NCBI GenBank assembly: GCA_013215985.1 | Contig: JABSOL010000003.1 | Coordinates: 1-60,641, forward strand | Length of the DNA: 60,641 bases | From: Campylobacteraceae bacterium | Lineage (GTDB): Bacteria > Campylobacterota > Campylobacteria > Campylobacterales > Arcobacteraceae | Direction of reading: 5' to 3' | Shown: piece after piece, positions 47,965-57,608 of the stretch | How positions within the stretch are numbered: position 1 is the first letter of the stretch | Layout of the letters: every line of letters begins with the position of its first letter | Translations under genes and position numbers: made by a program | The notes under the pieces: model-generated | Seen by the model: only the letters and a program-made list of their open reading frames with translations | Told to the model about the DNA's origin: nothing | Database searches by the model: none

Positions 47965-48763
47965 TTTCTTGTTTAAGGTATGATCTTAAGTTTGTATATT
48001 CTTCTTTAGATAAGAATCTACTTTTACCAGTAGGTAAGTTATTTAATGAAATTCCACCAAAATCAACTCTTTTTAAATCCATAATATCTAATCCAAAGTG
48101 TGCAAAGAATCTTCTTAGCTCTCTGTTTTTACCTTCAGAAATTATAACTTTAATTTTAGAGAATTTATCACCATTTGTTAAAATATCATAAGCAACAAAA
48201 GGTTTAAAATACATAGAAGTAATTTTAGATTTTGAATGTCCACCAACAGATGCATCTTCAAGATCTAAACCTTCTTGCATAGCCATTTCCATTGACTTAT
48301 TAATTGGTCCATTAACTTTGATTTTATAAGTTCTCTCTAAATTTGAATGCATTAAACCATCAACAATTTCAATTGAATCAGATAATAACAAAACACCTTC
48401 AGAAGCGTAATCTAATCTTCCAACAGGTCTAAAGTGTAAGTATTTTTTACCTAAAGTATCATAAATAATTCTTCTCTCTCGAGGATCATTTTTAGTTACT
48501 AATTCACCTTTAGGTTTGTTATATACAATTACTGTATACATTTTATCTTTTTCAATTCTAATAGTTTTATCGTTAACTGTAACAACATCATTATCTACAT
48601 CAACACCAGAACCCATATCTTCTACCGTAATCTTGTTGATTTTAACTTTACCATCAGCTATTAATCTATCAGCTTCTCTTCTTGAATACTTTGAGTTATG
48701 CGAGATAAATTTATTTAATCTCGTTTTTATTACTTCTTCAAATTTTTTTGTTCTTTTTTCCAT
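47957..48763 (-). CDS. Pseudouridine synthase, RsuA/RluB family
   Basis: N-terminal S4 domain (RLNKFISHNSKYSRREADRLI) and catalytic GRLDYASEG motif. Confidence 0.85.
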   Translation of the reverse strand: MEKRTKKFEEVIKTRLNKFISHNSKYSRREADRLIADGKVKINKITVEDMGSGVDVDNDVVTVNDKTIRIEKDKMYTVIVYNKPKGELVTKNDPRERRIIYDTLGKKYLHFRPVGRLDYASEGVLLLSDSIEIVDGLMHSNLERTYKIKVNGPINKSMEMAMQEGLDLEDASVGGHSKSKITSMYFKPFVAYDILTNGDKFSKIKVIISEGKNRELRRFFAHFGLDIMDLKRVDFGGISLNNLPTGKSRFLSKEEYTNLRSYLKQEND

Positions 48764-48771
48764 GTTATTTC

Positions 48772-49737
48772 CTATTTAATTCCAGCTTCAATAAGATCAT
48801 GAATATGTAAAACACCTAATAGTTTTTGATTTTCATCTTCAACTATTAAAACTTGTATTTTGTAATTTTCTATAATCTCTAAAGCATCACTTGCCAATAA
48901 ATTCTTATTCTGAATTGTTTTTGGCTTTCTACTTGCTATTTCTTCAACTTTGCAATCTAATGAAAAACTATCTTTCATTAATGCTCGTCTTAAATCACCA
49001 TCACTTAAAAGTGCAAATACTTTTTGATCTTCATCTAGTATTATAACACTTCCTAACCTACCTTCACTCATTTTTACTATTGCATCTTTTAATTTTGTTT
49101 CACGTGAAACTATTGGTAAATCATTTTTTCTTAATAAATCAGATACTTTAATAAATAGTTTTTTACCTAATGAACCACCGGGATGAAATGAAGCAAAATC
49201 TTCTTTTTGAAAATTTCTTTTATTCATCAAACAAACTGCTAAAACATCACCCATTGCCATTGTCAATGTAGTTGATGAAGTAGGAGCTGTGTCTAGTGGG
49301 CAGGCTTCTTTTGTAACATTAATATTAAAAAAGATATCTGCATATTTTCCAAGAGTTGATTTCTCAGTTTTTGCCATAGCAATTAAAGGAATATCAAATC
49401 TTTTTAAATGAGGTAAAAGTTGAATTAGCTCTTCGCTTTCACCTGAATAAGATAAAGCTAAAACTATATCTTCTTTCCCTATCATTCCTAAGTCACCATG
49501 CATGGCTTCAGTAGGGTGTAGGAAAAATGAAGATGTTCCTGTACTTGCTAACGTTGCAGCTATTTTAGCTCCAACAAGTCCAGATTTACCAACACCTGTT
49601 ATAATTAATTTACCTTTTGAGGCAATAATTAACTCAACAGCTTTTTTAATTGCATCTGCATCAATAGCAGAAGCAGCGAGTTCTAACTCTTTAGCTTCTG
49701 TTAATAATACTTCTTTTGCAATTTTCTCGTAATTCAT
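48772..49737 (-). CDS. kpsF: Arabinose-5-phosphate isomerase (KpsF/GutQ family)
   Basis: SIS domain (GVGKSG) followed by a tandem CBS pair; 321 aa. Confidence 0.9.
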   Translation of the reverse strand: MNYEKIAKEVLLTEAKELELAASAIDADAIKKAVELIIASKGKLIITGVGKSGLVGAKIAATLASTGTSSFFLHPTEAMHGDLGMIGKEDIVLALSYSGESEELIQLLPHLKRFDIPLIAMAKTEKSTLGKYADIFFNINVTKEACPLDTAPTSSTTLTMAMGDVLAVCLMNKRNFQKEDFASFHPGGSLGKKLFIKVSDLLRKNDLPIVSRETKLKDAIVKMSEGRLGSVIILDEDQKVFALLSDGDLRRALMKDSFSLDCKVEEIASRKPKTIQNKNLLASDALEIIENYKIQVLIVEDENQKLLGVLHIHDLIEAGIK

Positions 49738-49745
49738 ATTAATCC

Positions 49746-51755
49746 TTATTGTACAAATAAAGTAGGAACAATCATAGGATATTTTTTGTATTTTCTAATA
49801 CAATGTTTTCTAACAACTTTTCTAATTTCATCTTCTAAAATTCTGTTATTAGAGAAAATTCCTTCTTTTGTGTTTGTTAAGAATGTAGTTAATAAGTCTT
49901 CAATTTCTTTTGCAAAGAATCTATCTTGTTTATCGGCAACTAGTCCAAATGATGCAACTTTTGGTTTTCCAGCAAGAGTTCTATCACTTTGATTAATTTG
50001 AGCAACAATCATAACAATACCTTCGTTTGCCATTGTTTGTCTATCAATTACTACATCTTCTGCAATTTTATGATTTAATTGGTTATCAATATAAACTTTT
50101 CCAGATTTAATTGTTTTAACTTTTTTCATAAATTTAGGACCAACTTCAATTTGTTCCCCAGCATTCATAACATACATATTTCTATCAAGAACACCACACG
50201 CAATTCCAGTTTTACCATGTTTTAATGCATGGTTATATTCACCATGAACTGGTAAAAAGAATTTAGGTTTAACTAATCTTAACATTAATTTTTGTTCTTC
50301 TTGTGCAGCATGACCAGATACATGTAAATCCGGATAATCATGATAAGCAACAGCCGCTCCAGCTTTTAATAAGTGGTTAATAACACCAGATACACTAGCT
50401 TCATTACCAGGAATAGCTTTTGAAGATAATACAATAGTATCTGTTGGCTTAATTTTAATATGTCTGTGCTCGTGAATTGCCATTCTATATAAAGCTGACA
50501 TTGGTTCACCTTGAGAGCCTGTTGTTACAATTAAAACTTCATTATCTGCATATTTGTTAACTTCGTATGCATCAATAAATTTATCTTTTGGAAATTTAAT
50601 GTAACCAAGTCCCATTGCAAGATCTAAGTTTTTTTCCATTGATCTTCCGATAACACATACTTTTCTACCAGCTGCTATTCCTCTCTCAATTGCTTGAGAA
50701 ACTCTATGAATATTTGAAGAGAAAGTAGACATTAAAACTCTACCTTTAGATGTAGCAAAGATTCTATCAAAAGTAGGTCCTACAGTTCTTTCAGTTCTTG
50801 TAAATCCTGGAGAGTGCGAATTAGTTGAATCAGATGTTAATAATAAAACACCTTTTTCTCCATAATATGCAAGTCTATGTAAATCTGTTGGATAATTATC
50901 AATTGGAGTATGATCTATTTTAAAATCACCTGTATGAATCATTACTCCAGCTTTTGTAGTAATAGCAATTGCAGATGAATCAATAATTGAGTGAGTAACG
51001 TGCATCCATTCAACTTCAAAATCTTCAGATATTTTAATAGGTCTTCTTTTTTCAATAGCTCTAAATAAAGCTCTATGTTGTCTCATTCTATGTTCATCAA
51101 ATTTTGAACCAATCATTTCTAATGGTAAAGATGTTCCATAAATTGGGAATTGCATTTCTTTGAAAAGGTAAGGCATTGCACCAATATGATCTTCATGACC
51201 ATGAGTAATAATAACAGCAACAACTTTATCTTTAATTTCTCTAAGGTAAGAAAAATCAGGAATTAAAATATCTACACCATGCATAGTTTCATCTGGGAAG
51301 TTCATACCAACATCAACAATAATTGCTTCTTTTTCAGTTTCAATTATCATCATATTTCCACCAATTTCACCTAATCCACCTAAAGGCGTGATTTTGATTT
51401 TGGCATTAGTAGATAAATCTAATTTATTATGAGGATTTAGTCTGTCTTTTTGGATTCTTTCATTTACATTAAACGCTTTTTTTAGATCACTAGTCCATCC
51501 ATCACCTGATGTAACTTTGATTTTTGGTTTAATAGCAGGTTTTTTTGATTTATCACCTGGTTTTTTATTATGATTGTGAACTGGTTTTTTAGGGTGGTTA
51601 TGCACCGGTTTTTTTGTTTGAGGTTTGTTTTCTTCTTTTGCTTCTTTTGGTTTCGCCTCAGAAGTATTTTCAGTCTTTACTGAAACTTCCTTCTGAATTT
51701 CTTTTTCTACACCAACAACTGCACCATTTTCTGTAATATTATTTGTTTCTTCCAT
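49746..51755 (-). CDS. rnj: Ribonuclease J with a ~125-aa Lys/Pro-rich N-terminal extension
   Basis: Metallo-beta-lactamase HGHEDHIG motif, beta-CASP and C-terminal domains; 669 aa. The extension contains a duplicated KKPVHNH. Confidence 0.9.
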   Translation of the reverse strand: MEETNNITENGAVVGVEKEIQKEVSVKTENTSEAKPKEAKEENKPQTKKPVHNHPKKPVHNHNKKPGDKSKKPAIKPKIKVTSGDGWTSDLKKAFNVNERIQKDRLNPHNKLDLSTNAKIKITPLGGLGEIGGNMMIIETEKEAIIVDVGMNFPDETMHGVDILIPDFSYLREIKDKVVAVIITHGHEDHIGAMPYLFKEMQFPIYGTSLPLEMIGSKFDEHRMRQHRALFRAIEKRRPIKISEDFEVEWMHVTHSIIDSSAIAITTKAGVMIHTGDFKIDHTPIDNYPTDLHRLAYYGEKGVLLLTSDSTNSHSPGFTRTERTVGPTFDRIFATSKGRVLMSTFSSNIHRVSQAIERGIAAGRKVCVIGRSMEKNLDLAMGLGYIKFPKDKFIDAYEVNKYADNEVLIVTTGSQGEPMSALYRMAIHEHRHIKIKPTDTIVLSSKAIPGNEASVSGVINHLLKAGAAVAYHDYPDLHVSGHAAQEEQKLMLRLVKPKFFLPVHGEYNHALKHGKTGIACGVLDRNMYVMNAGEQIEVGPKFMKKVKTIKSGKVYIDNQLNHKIAEDVVIDRQTMANEGIVMIVAQINQSDRTLAGKPKVASFGLVADKQDRFFAKEIEDLLTTFLTNTKEGIFSNNRILEDEIRKVVRKHCIRKYKKYPMIVPTLFVQ

Positions 51756-52545
51756 TATTAACTACCTTTTTGTACATTTGGCTGTACAAACATGCAGAAA
51801 TTTCATGAGGTCGAACATTTTCATTTATATCAAGTTCTTCAAACATTTTTAATACTTCATCTTTATTCACTACTGAAGCTATATTTTTAGAAAGCTTTTT
51901 TCTAGGCTGTACGAAACAGGCTTTTAAAAACTTTTTGAAACCAGGTTCAATACTTTTTGAAGCATCTTTTCTAATATATAAAATTGAAGACATTACCTTA
52001 GGAGCAGGTTCAAATGAAGTTGGAGGTACATCGAATAGTATCCTAGCTTCATTTGATAAAAGTTTTGTAATAACAGATAATGCTGAAAAAGGTTTTTCTT
52101 TTTCATTAGCTGCAAACTTTAATGCTACTTCTTTTTGAATCATAACTATAATATGTTCACAGTTATCATCCTCTAAGGCTCTTAATATAATATTTGTTGC
52201 AATATAATATGGTAAGTTTGCGATCATATCGTATTTACCATCATAAAGGCTACCTTGGTTATCCCAAGCTTCTAGTACATCTGTGTGGAGAAGTTCCAGT
52301 TTACCATTATCTAATTGTATTGCAAACTTTGTTCGTAGAATAGATATTAAATCTCTATCTACCTCATAAGCTCTCACATCTTTGTACTTGACTAATTTTT
52401 CTGTCAAATCACCTAAGCCAGGCCCGATTTCTACTAGCTTATTTTTATTATAGGGCATCGATTCGATGATTCTTAATAATATACTTTCATCTTTTAGAAA
52501 GTTCTGTCCGTATCTTTTTTTTGCTTTAATTTTATCCATGACCAA
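51739..52545 (-). CDS. rsmA: 16S rRNA (adenine1518/1519-N6)-dimethyltransferase
   Basis: YGQNFL, EIGPGLGDLT and NLPYYI motifs. Overlaps rnj by 17 nt. Confidence 0.9.
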   Translation of the reverse strand: MVMDKIKAKKRYGQNFLKDESILLRIIESMPYNKNKLVEIGPGLGDLTEKLVKYKDVRAYEVDRDLISILRTKFAIQLDNGKLELLHTDVLEAWDNQGSLYDGKYDMIANLPYYIATNIILRALEDDNCEHIIVMIQKEVALKFAANEKEKPFSALSVITKLLSNEARILFDVPPTSFEPAPKVMSSILYIRKDASKSIEPGFKKFLKACFVQPRKKLSKNIASVVNKDEVLKMFEELDINENVRPHEISACLYSQMYKKVVNNGRNK

Positions 52546-52608
52546 AAGTATATCTTATTTTAACTTACAATTAGATAATATTTAAAAAATTCGTTAAAAG
52601 GATTAGAT

Positions 52609-53370
52609 TTGAGTACATTTGCAAAAAGAATAATTCCTTGTTTAGATGTTAAAGATGGAAGAGTAGTTAAAGGTGTAAACTTTGTTGGTTTAAGAGATGC
52701 GGGTGATCCTGTTGAAATTGCTAAAAGATATAATGATGAAGGTGCTGATGAAATTACTTTTTTAGATATTACTGCATCATCTGACAATAGAGATACTATT
52801 ATTGATATTGTTAAAGATGTAGCACGTGAAGTTTTTATTCCTTTAACTGTAGGAGGAGGAATCCGAAAACTTGAAGATATTTATAAACTATTAAATGTAG
52901 GTTGTGATAAAGTTTCTATAAACTCTTCTGCTGTTTCTAATCCAGACTTTATAAATGAAGCTTCAAAAAGATTTGGTTCTCAATGTATAGTTGTAGCTAT
53001 TGATGTTAAAAAAGTCAAAGATGGAACTTATCATGTTTTTGTAAAAGGTGGTAGAGAAGATACAGGACTTGATGCTCTTGAATGGGCAAAAGAAGTTGAA
53101 TCAAGAGGAGCAGGTGAAATATTACTTACTTCAATGGATGCAGATGGATCAAAAAGTGGATTTGAACTTAATATAACTTCATTGATTTCTAAAGTTTTAG
53201 ATATTCCTGTAATTGCTTCTGGAGGAGCAGGTACTATGCTTCATATGAAAGAAGCTTTTGATTGTGGAGCAAGTGCAGCTTTAGCAGCTTCTATTTTTCA
53301 CTTTAAAGAAATTGATATTATGGATCTAAAAAGATACTTAAAATCAAATAACATTCCAGTTAGGATATAA
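52609..53370 (+). CDS. hisF: Imidazole glycerol phosphate synthase cyclase subunit
   Basis: [17 protein letters not shown]-terminus, (beta/alpha)8 HisF pattern. TTG start at 52609. Confidence 0.95.
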   Translation: MSTFAKRIIPCLDVKDGRVVKGVNFVGLRDAGDPVEIAKRYNDEGADEITFLDITASSDNRDTIIDIVKDVAREVFIPLTVGGGIRKLEDIYKLLNVGCDKVSINSSAVSNPDFINEASKRFGSQCIVVAIDVKKVKDGTYHVFVKGGREDTGLDALEWAKEVESRGAGEILLTSMDADGSKSGFELNITSLISKVLDIPVIASGGAGTMLHMKEAFDCGASAALAASIFHFKEIDIMDLKRYLKSNNIPVRI

Positions 53371-54036
53371 ATGAAACTAAATAAATTATTATTCCTTTTA
53401 CTTCCTTTTTCTTTATATTCATATGAAGTTAATTTTGATAAAACTTTTACTAAAGATCTAAAAATTGAAATTTTATCAAATAATTTTCTTATTAAACTTG
53501 AGAGTAATTCAGAAAAAGAAGTTTTAAAAATATTAAAAGATTTTGAAAAAGAAATAAAAAACTATAAAACAATAAATAAAAAATTTGATTCTTTAACAGT
53601 TAAACCAAATTATAAATATAGAGCGAATAGAACTCCAAAACTTTTGTCATATATTGGTTCATTAAAATATGAGATTTCTACTTCATCAGCAAAAGATTTT
53701 AATAATTTCATTTCCAAAATGGTTGAAATTAAAGATCATAGATCTGTATCTTTATTAATAACAGACTTATCTTGGAAAGTTAAAGAGTCTTCAAAAGAGA
53801 TTCAAAAAGATGAACTTAGAATTGAAGCTATTAAATGGATTAAATCTTATTCTCAAACTTTATCTTTAGAACTAGATTCTACTTGTTCTATAAAATCAAT
53901 TAAACTTCATTCTTCAAATAAAAGAAAAACAATTACAAATATTGATGCCTCTGAAAAATATAAAAAAATATTACCATCTTCTAACCTTAGTAGAAATATT
54001 GATATAAATGCTTATTATGTATTGGATTGTAAATGA
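53371..54036 (+). CDS. Secreted hypothetical protein (possibly SIMPL/DUF541-like)
   Basis: Signal peptide (MKLNKLLFLLLPFSLYS); 221 aa. The family assignment is only a loose pattern resemblance. Confidence 0.5.
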   Translation: MKLNKLLFLLLPFSLYSYEVNFDKTFTKDLKIEILSNNFLIKLESNSEKEVLKILKDFEKEIKNYKTINKKFDSLTVKPNYKYRANRTPKLLSYIGSLKYEISTSSAKDFNNFISKMVEIKDHRSVSLLITDLSWKVKESSKEIQKDELRIEAIKWIKSYSQTLSLELDSTCSIKSIKLHSSNKRKTITNIDASEKYKKILPSSNLSRNIDINAYYVLDCK

Positions 54037-54566
54037 TAGTATGTGCTGGAAAGATTGAAAGTTTTTCATTCGCTAAAACTATTGGTATTGGTTTAATTGA
54101 TACTTCAATTAATTTAACAAAGATTTGTTTAGAAAATAAACCTGAAGAAATTATATTTATTGGAACTGCTGGTTCATATGGTGATTTTAAGATATTTGAT
54201 ATTTTAGAATCAAAAAGGGCAGCTAACTTTGAACTATCTTTTTTATCAAAAGATTCTTATACTCCAATTGAAAATATATGTGAGGGTTTAAATGATTCAT
54301 TTAGAAATGATACTATTGTAAATTGTTCTAATTATATTTCAATAAATGAAAATCTTTCTAAGTCATTTAAAGACTTTGGTTTTGGAATTGAAAACATGGA
54401 ATTTTATTCTGTGATTAAAGTTGCTAATGAATTTAATATTAAAGTAGCTGGAATATTTATAGTTACAAATTATACTAATGAAAATGCGCATAAAGACTTT
54501 ATTAAAAATCATAAAACTGCAATGAGTAAACTTACCTCTTATTTAGAAGATAAGAAATTAATCTAA
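54033..54566 (+). CDS. Short nucleoside phosphorylase-like protein (PNP_UDP_1 family-like)
   Basis: 177 aa. N-terminal MIVCAGKIE and C-terminal GIENMEFYSV..AGIFIVTNY segments resemble family-1 phosphorylases/nucleosidases found as short forms in Campylobacterota. Confidence 0.5.
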   Translation: MIVCAGKIESFSFAKTIGIGLIDTSINLTKICLENKPEEIIFIGTAGSYGDFKIFDILESKRAANFELSFLSKDSYTPIENICEGLNDSFRNDTIVNCSNYISINENLSKSFKDFGFGIENMEFYSVIKVANEFNIKVAGIFIVTNYTNENAHKDFIKNHKTAMSKLTSYLEDKKLI

Positions 54567-54590
54567 ATAAGACTTCAGTTTTCTAAAAAA

Positions 54591-54624
54591 ATATTCAATT
54601 GTTTCACGTGAAACAATTGAATAT
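54591..54624. other. parS: parS site 1 (ParB/Spo0J centromere-like site) within a 34-bp perfect palindrome
   Basis: ATATTCAATTGTTTCACGTGAAACAATTGAATAT. The core TGTTTCACGTGAAACA at 54600-54615 equals the symmetric parS consensus. Confidence 0.8.
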
Positions 54625-54817
54625 CAATTTATAACTTGATTAATTTCTGTTAAATCTCTTTATCTTATATTTATTTACTCTATTTATAGGGATCTAAACT
54701 CTTTATTAACTTTATCTATTCTATATGCCTTTTAAAAATAATTAATTTTTATATCAATCTTATTGTTATCTCTTTTCTTATTTAAACTATATATAATTTT
54801 ACTTTTATATTTTAATG

Positions 54818-54845
54818 ATTTAATGTTTCACGTGAAACATTAAAT
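54818..54845. other. parS: parS site 2 within a 28-bp perfect palindrome
   Basis: ATTTAATGTTTCACGTGAAACATTAAAT. The core TGTTTCACGTGAAACA lies at 54824-54839. Confidence 0.8.
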
Positions 54846-54987
54846 TGATTTTTCCTAAAATATATATGAAATAAGACTTTATTTACTATTAAATGAATTT
54901 TAAAATTCTTTCTTTAAATTAGACTAAAATAGAAAAATATTTCCAAAAAATGCTAAAATACACTTAATATAATATAGAAAAAGGATA

Positions 54988-56058
54988 ATGTTGAAATCAA
55001 TATATGATTACACTTTAGAAGAATTAAAAGAAGAAGTAAAACCAGCTTTTAGAGCAAAACAAATTTATAACTGGCTATATAAAAAATATGCAAGTTCATT
55101 TGATGAGATGAAAAACTTACCAAAAGATTTGATTGAAAACTTAAAAGCTAACTATGATATAGCTATTATGGATGTAGTTAGAAAAGAAGTAAGTACAGAT
55201 GGAAGTATTAAATATCTTTTTAAATTAAGAGATGGACATACTGTTGAAGCTGTTCTACTTTTAATGAAAAAGAAAAAAATTAATGAAGATGGTGTAGTTG
55301 AGAGAAGCGAAAAATATACTGTATGTGTATCATCTCAAGTAGGCTGTAAAATTGGTTGTACTTTTTGTTTAACTGCAAAAGGTGGTTTTGTAAGAAACTT
55401 AACTGTTGGAGAATACATAGCTCAAATTGTTAATCTAAAAAGAGATAATAACATTCCAGATAATAAAGCAGTTAATATTGTTTATATGGGAATGGGTGAA
55501 CCACTTGATAACTATAAGAACTTTGTTAGCGCTGTTAAGATATTCTCACTTGAAGAAGGTTTATCAATTAATAGAAGAAGACAAACAGTATCTACATCTG
55601 GTTTATCTTCTAAGATAGTTAAATTAGGAGAAGAGAACTTAGGAATTCAATTAGCAATTTCTTTACATGCTGTTGATGATGAATTAAGAAGCGAACTTAT
55701 TCCTATGAATAAAGCTTATAATATTCAATCAATTATAGATGCTGTAAAAGCTTTTCCTGTTGATGCAAGAAAAAAAGTAATGTTTGAATACTTAGTAATT
55801 AAAGGTAAAAATGATTCAATTCAAGCTGCCCAAAAACTAATTCAATTACTTAATGGTATTAAATCAAAAGTAAATTTAATTTATTTTAATCCATATCCTG
55901 GTACTACTTATGAAAGACCAAGTGTTGAAACTATGACTAAATTTAAAGATTATTTAATTGACAAAGGTTTATTATGTACAATTAGAGAATCAAAAGGTTT
56001 AGATATTTCTGCTGCTTGTGGACAATTAAAAGAGAAAGATGTTAATGGGGACTCTTGA
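54988..56058 (+). CDS. rlmN: 23S rRNA/tRNA (adenine-C2)-methyltransferase, radical SAM
   Basis: Radical-SAM CKIGCTFC motif, C-terminal catalytic Cys (AACGQL); 356 aa. Confidence 0.9.
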   Translation: MLKSIYDYTLEELKEEVKPAFRAKQIYNWLYKKYASSFDEMKNLPKDLIENLKANYDIAIMDVVRKEVSTDGSIKYLFKLRDGHTVEAVLLLMKKKKINEDGVVERSEKYTVCVSSQVGCKIGCTFCLTAKGGFVRNLTVGEYIAQIVNLKRDNNIPDNKAVNIVYMGMGEPLDNYKNFVSAVKIFSLEEGLSINRRRQTVSTSGLSSKIVKLGEENLGIQLAISLHAVDDELRSELIPMNKAYNIQSIIDAVKAFPVDARKKVMFEYLVIKGKNDSIQAAQKLIQLLNGIKSKVNLIYFNPYPGTTYERPSVETMTKFKDYLIDKGLLCTIRESKGLDISAACGQLKEKDVNGDS

Positions 56059-56065
56059 TTATGTA

Positions 56066-56143
56066 ATGATAGCATTCATATCAATAGTAGTTCTAGGAAC
56101 ATTTATAGGATTTATGATTAGTAATAATAAGAAGGATAAATAA
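56066..56143 (+). CDS. Candidate 25-aa single-TM micro-protein
   Basis: ATG..TAA ORF MIAFISIVVLGTFIGFMISNNKKDK that exactly fills the rlmN-gltX gap (the stop is 1 nt before the gltX ATG). Hydrophobic helix plus basic tail. No strong SD. Confidence 0.3.
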   Translation: MIAFISIVVLGTFIGFMISNNKKDK

Positions 56144-56144
56144 G

Positions 56145-57545
56145 ATGATAACAACAAGATTTGCACCAAGTCCAACTGGGTACTTACATATTGGTGGTTT
56201 AAGAACTGCATTATATAGTTACTTATGGGCTAAAAAAAATAATGGTTTATTTAAATTAAGAATTGAAGATACAGATACTGCAAGAAATAATGATGAAGCA
56301 ATGAAAGCAATCATTGAAGCATTTGATTGGGTTGGAATGTCTTATGATGGTGATGTTGAATACCAATCAAAAAGACTTGATATTTATACTAAGTATATCA
56401 ATCAACTTCTTGATGAAGGTAAAGCTTATAAATGTTATATGAGTAGAGACGAGTTAGATGCTTTAAGAGAAGAGCAAATGGCTAATAAACAAACTCCAAG
56501 ATATGATGGAAGATATAGAGACTTTACTGGAACTATACCAGAAGGTGTTGATCCTGTTATTAGAATTAAAGCTCCTCAAGAAGGCAGAATTACTTTTGAA
56601 GATGGTGTTAAATCTTCTATGGATTTTGCTGCAACTGAAGTTGATGATTTTGTAATTGCTAGATCTAATGGAATGCCTACATATAATTTTGTTGTTGCAA
56701 TTGATGATGCTTTAATGGAAATGACTGATGTTATTAGAGGTGATGATCACTTAACTAATACTCCAAAACAAATTGTAATTTATAATGCTTTAGGTTTTAA
56801 TATTCCTAAATTTTATCATGTTCCTATGATTAATAATCCATCTGGAAAAAAACTATCTAAAAGAGATGGTGCTATGGATGTTATGGATTATAAAAGAAAA
56901 GGATATTTAGCAGAGGCTTTATTAAACTTTCTAGTAAGATTAGGTTGGTCAAATGGAGATCAAGAAATCTTTTCTATGGATGAGATGTTAGAACTTTTTG
57001 ATCCTAATACTATTAATAAATCTGCATCTGCATATAATGAAGACAAACTTTTATGGTTAAACTCGCATTATATTAAAAATGTTTCTAATGATAGATTATC
57101 AAAAGAATTAGAATTCTTTGATTGTATTTTAGAAGGTCATGATAAAAAAGAAATGATTTTAGATTTATGTAAAGAGAGAGCTCAAACACTAGTTGAACTT
57201 AAAGCGTCAATTGATAATCTTTTAGACACACCTCTTGATTATGATAAAAAAGGTTCTAAAAAGTTTGTTAAAGAAAATACAATTGAAATGTTAGAAAACT
57301 ACATGAAACTTTTAGAAGAGAATAAAGACACTTTACATTTAGCTTGTGATTATGAAGCAATAACTAAACCTTTTATTGCAGAATTTGAATTAAAGTTTCC
57401 TCAATTATTTCAACCAATTAGAATTGCATTAACAGGTGGAACACAAGCTCCTTCAGTATATGATATTTTAGCGGTACTAGGATTAGAAGAATCTATTAAA
57501 AGATTTAAACAAGCAATTAGTGTAAATTTCAACAAAGAAGCATAA
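56145..57545 (+). CDS. gltX: Glutamate--tRNA ligase
   Basis: HIGH-type motif (PSPTGYLHIGG) and KMSKS-type KLSKR; 466 aa. Confidence 0.95.
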   Translation: MITTRFAPSPTGYLHIGGLRTALYSYLWAKKNNGLFKLRIEDTDTARNNDEAMKAIIEAFDWVGMSYDGDVEYQSKRLDIYTKYINQLLDEGKAYKCYMSRDELDALREEQMANKQTPRYDGRYRDFTGTIPEGVDPVIRIKAPQEGRITFEDGVKSSMDFAATEVDDFVIARSNGMPTYNFVVAIDDALMEMTDVIRGDDHLTNTPKQIVIYNALGFNIPKFYHVPMINNPSGKKLSKRDGAMDVMDYKRKGYLAEALLNFLVRLGWSNGDQEIFSMDEMLELFDPNTINKSASAYNEDKLLWLNSHYIKNVSNDRLSKELEFFDCILEGHDKKEMILDLCKERAQTLVELKASIDNLLDTPLDYDKKGSKKFVKENTIEMLENYMKLLEENKDTLHLACDYEAITKPFIAEFELKFPQLFQPIRIALTGGTQAPSVYDILAVLGLEESIKRFKQAISVNFNKEA

Positions 57546-57608
57546 AACTAATCTATTTATTATAGTTTTTTGGATAGTATAACTTAATAATTATCAAGGA
57601 ACTATAAT

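Noticed and set aside
52818-52833. parS-like sequence TGTAGCACGTGAAGTT inside hisF.
   Set aside because: Only 11 of 16 positions match the consensus. It is probably coincidental around a CACGTG hexamer.
54591-54845. Interpretation of the two palindromes as dif/Xer recombination sites. The 28-bp copy can be parsed as 11-bp arm + 6-bp CACGTG + 11-bp arm, and its outer TTAAAT resembles the XerD arm of E. coli dif.
   Set aside because: The 16-bp core is an exact match to the parS consensus. dif sites are normally single and asymmetric, and Campylobacterota XerH-type sites as I recall them have a different arm sequence. The parS reading is much better supported.
54576-54868. MITE-like element with terminal inverted repeats formed by the parS palindromes.
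   Set aside because: Outside the self-complementary parS cores the two ends align only patchily (A/T runs and CAAT). No transposase footprint was seen. Only the flanking 11-bp direct repeat is kept, as a weak separate observation.
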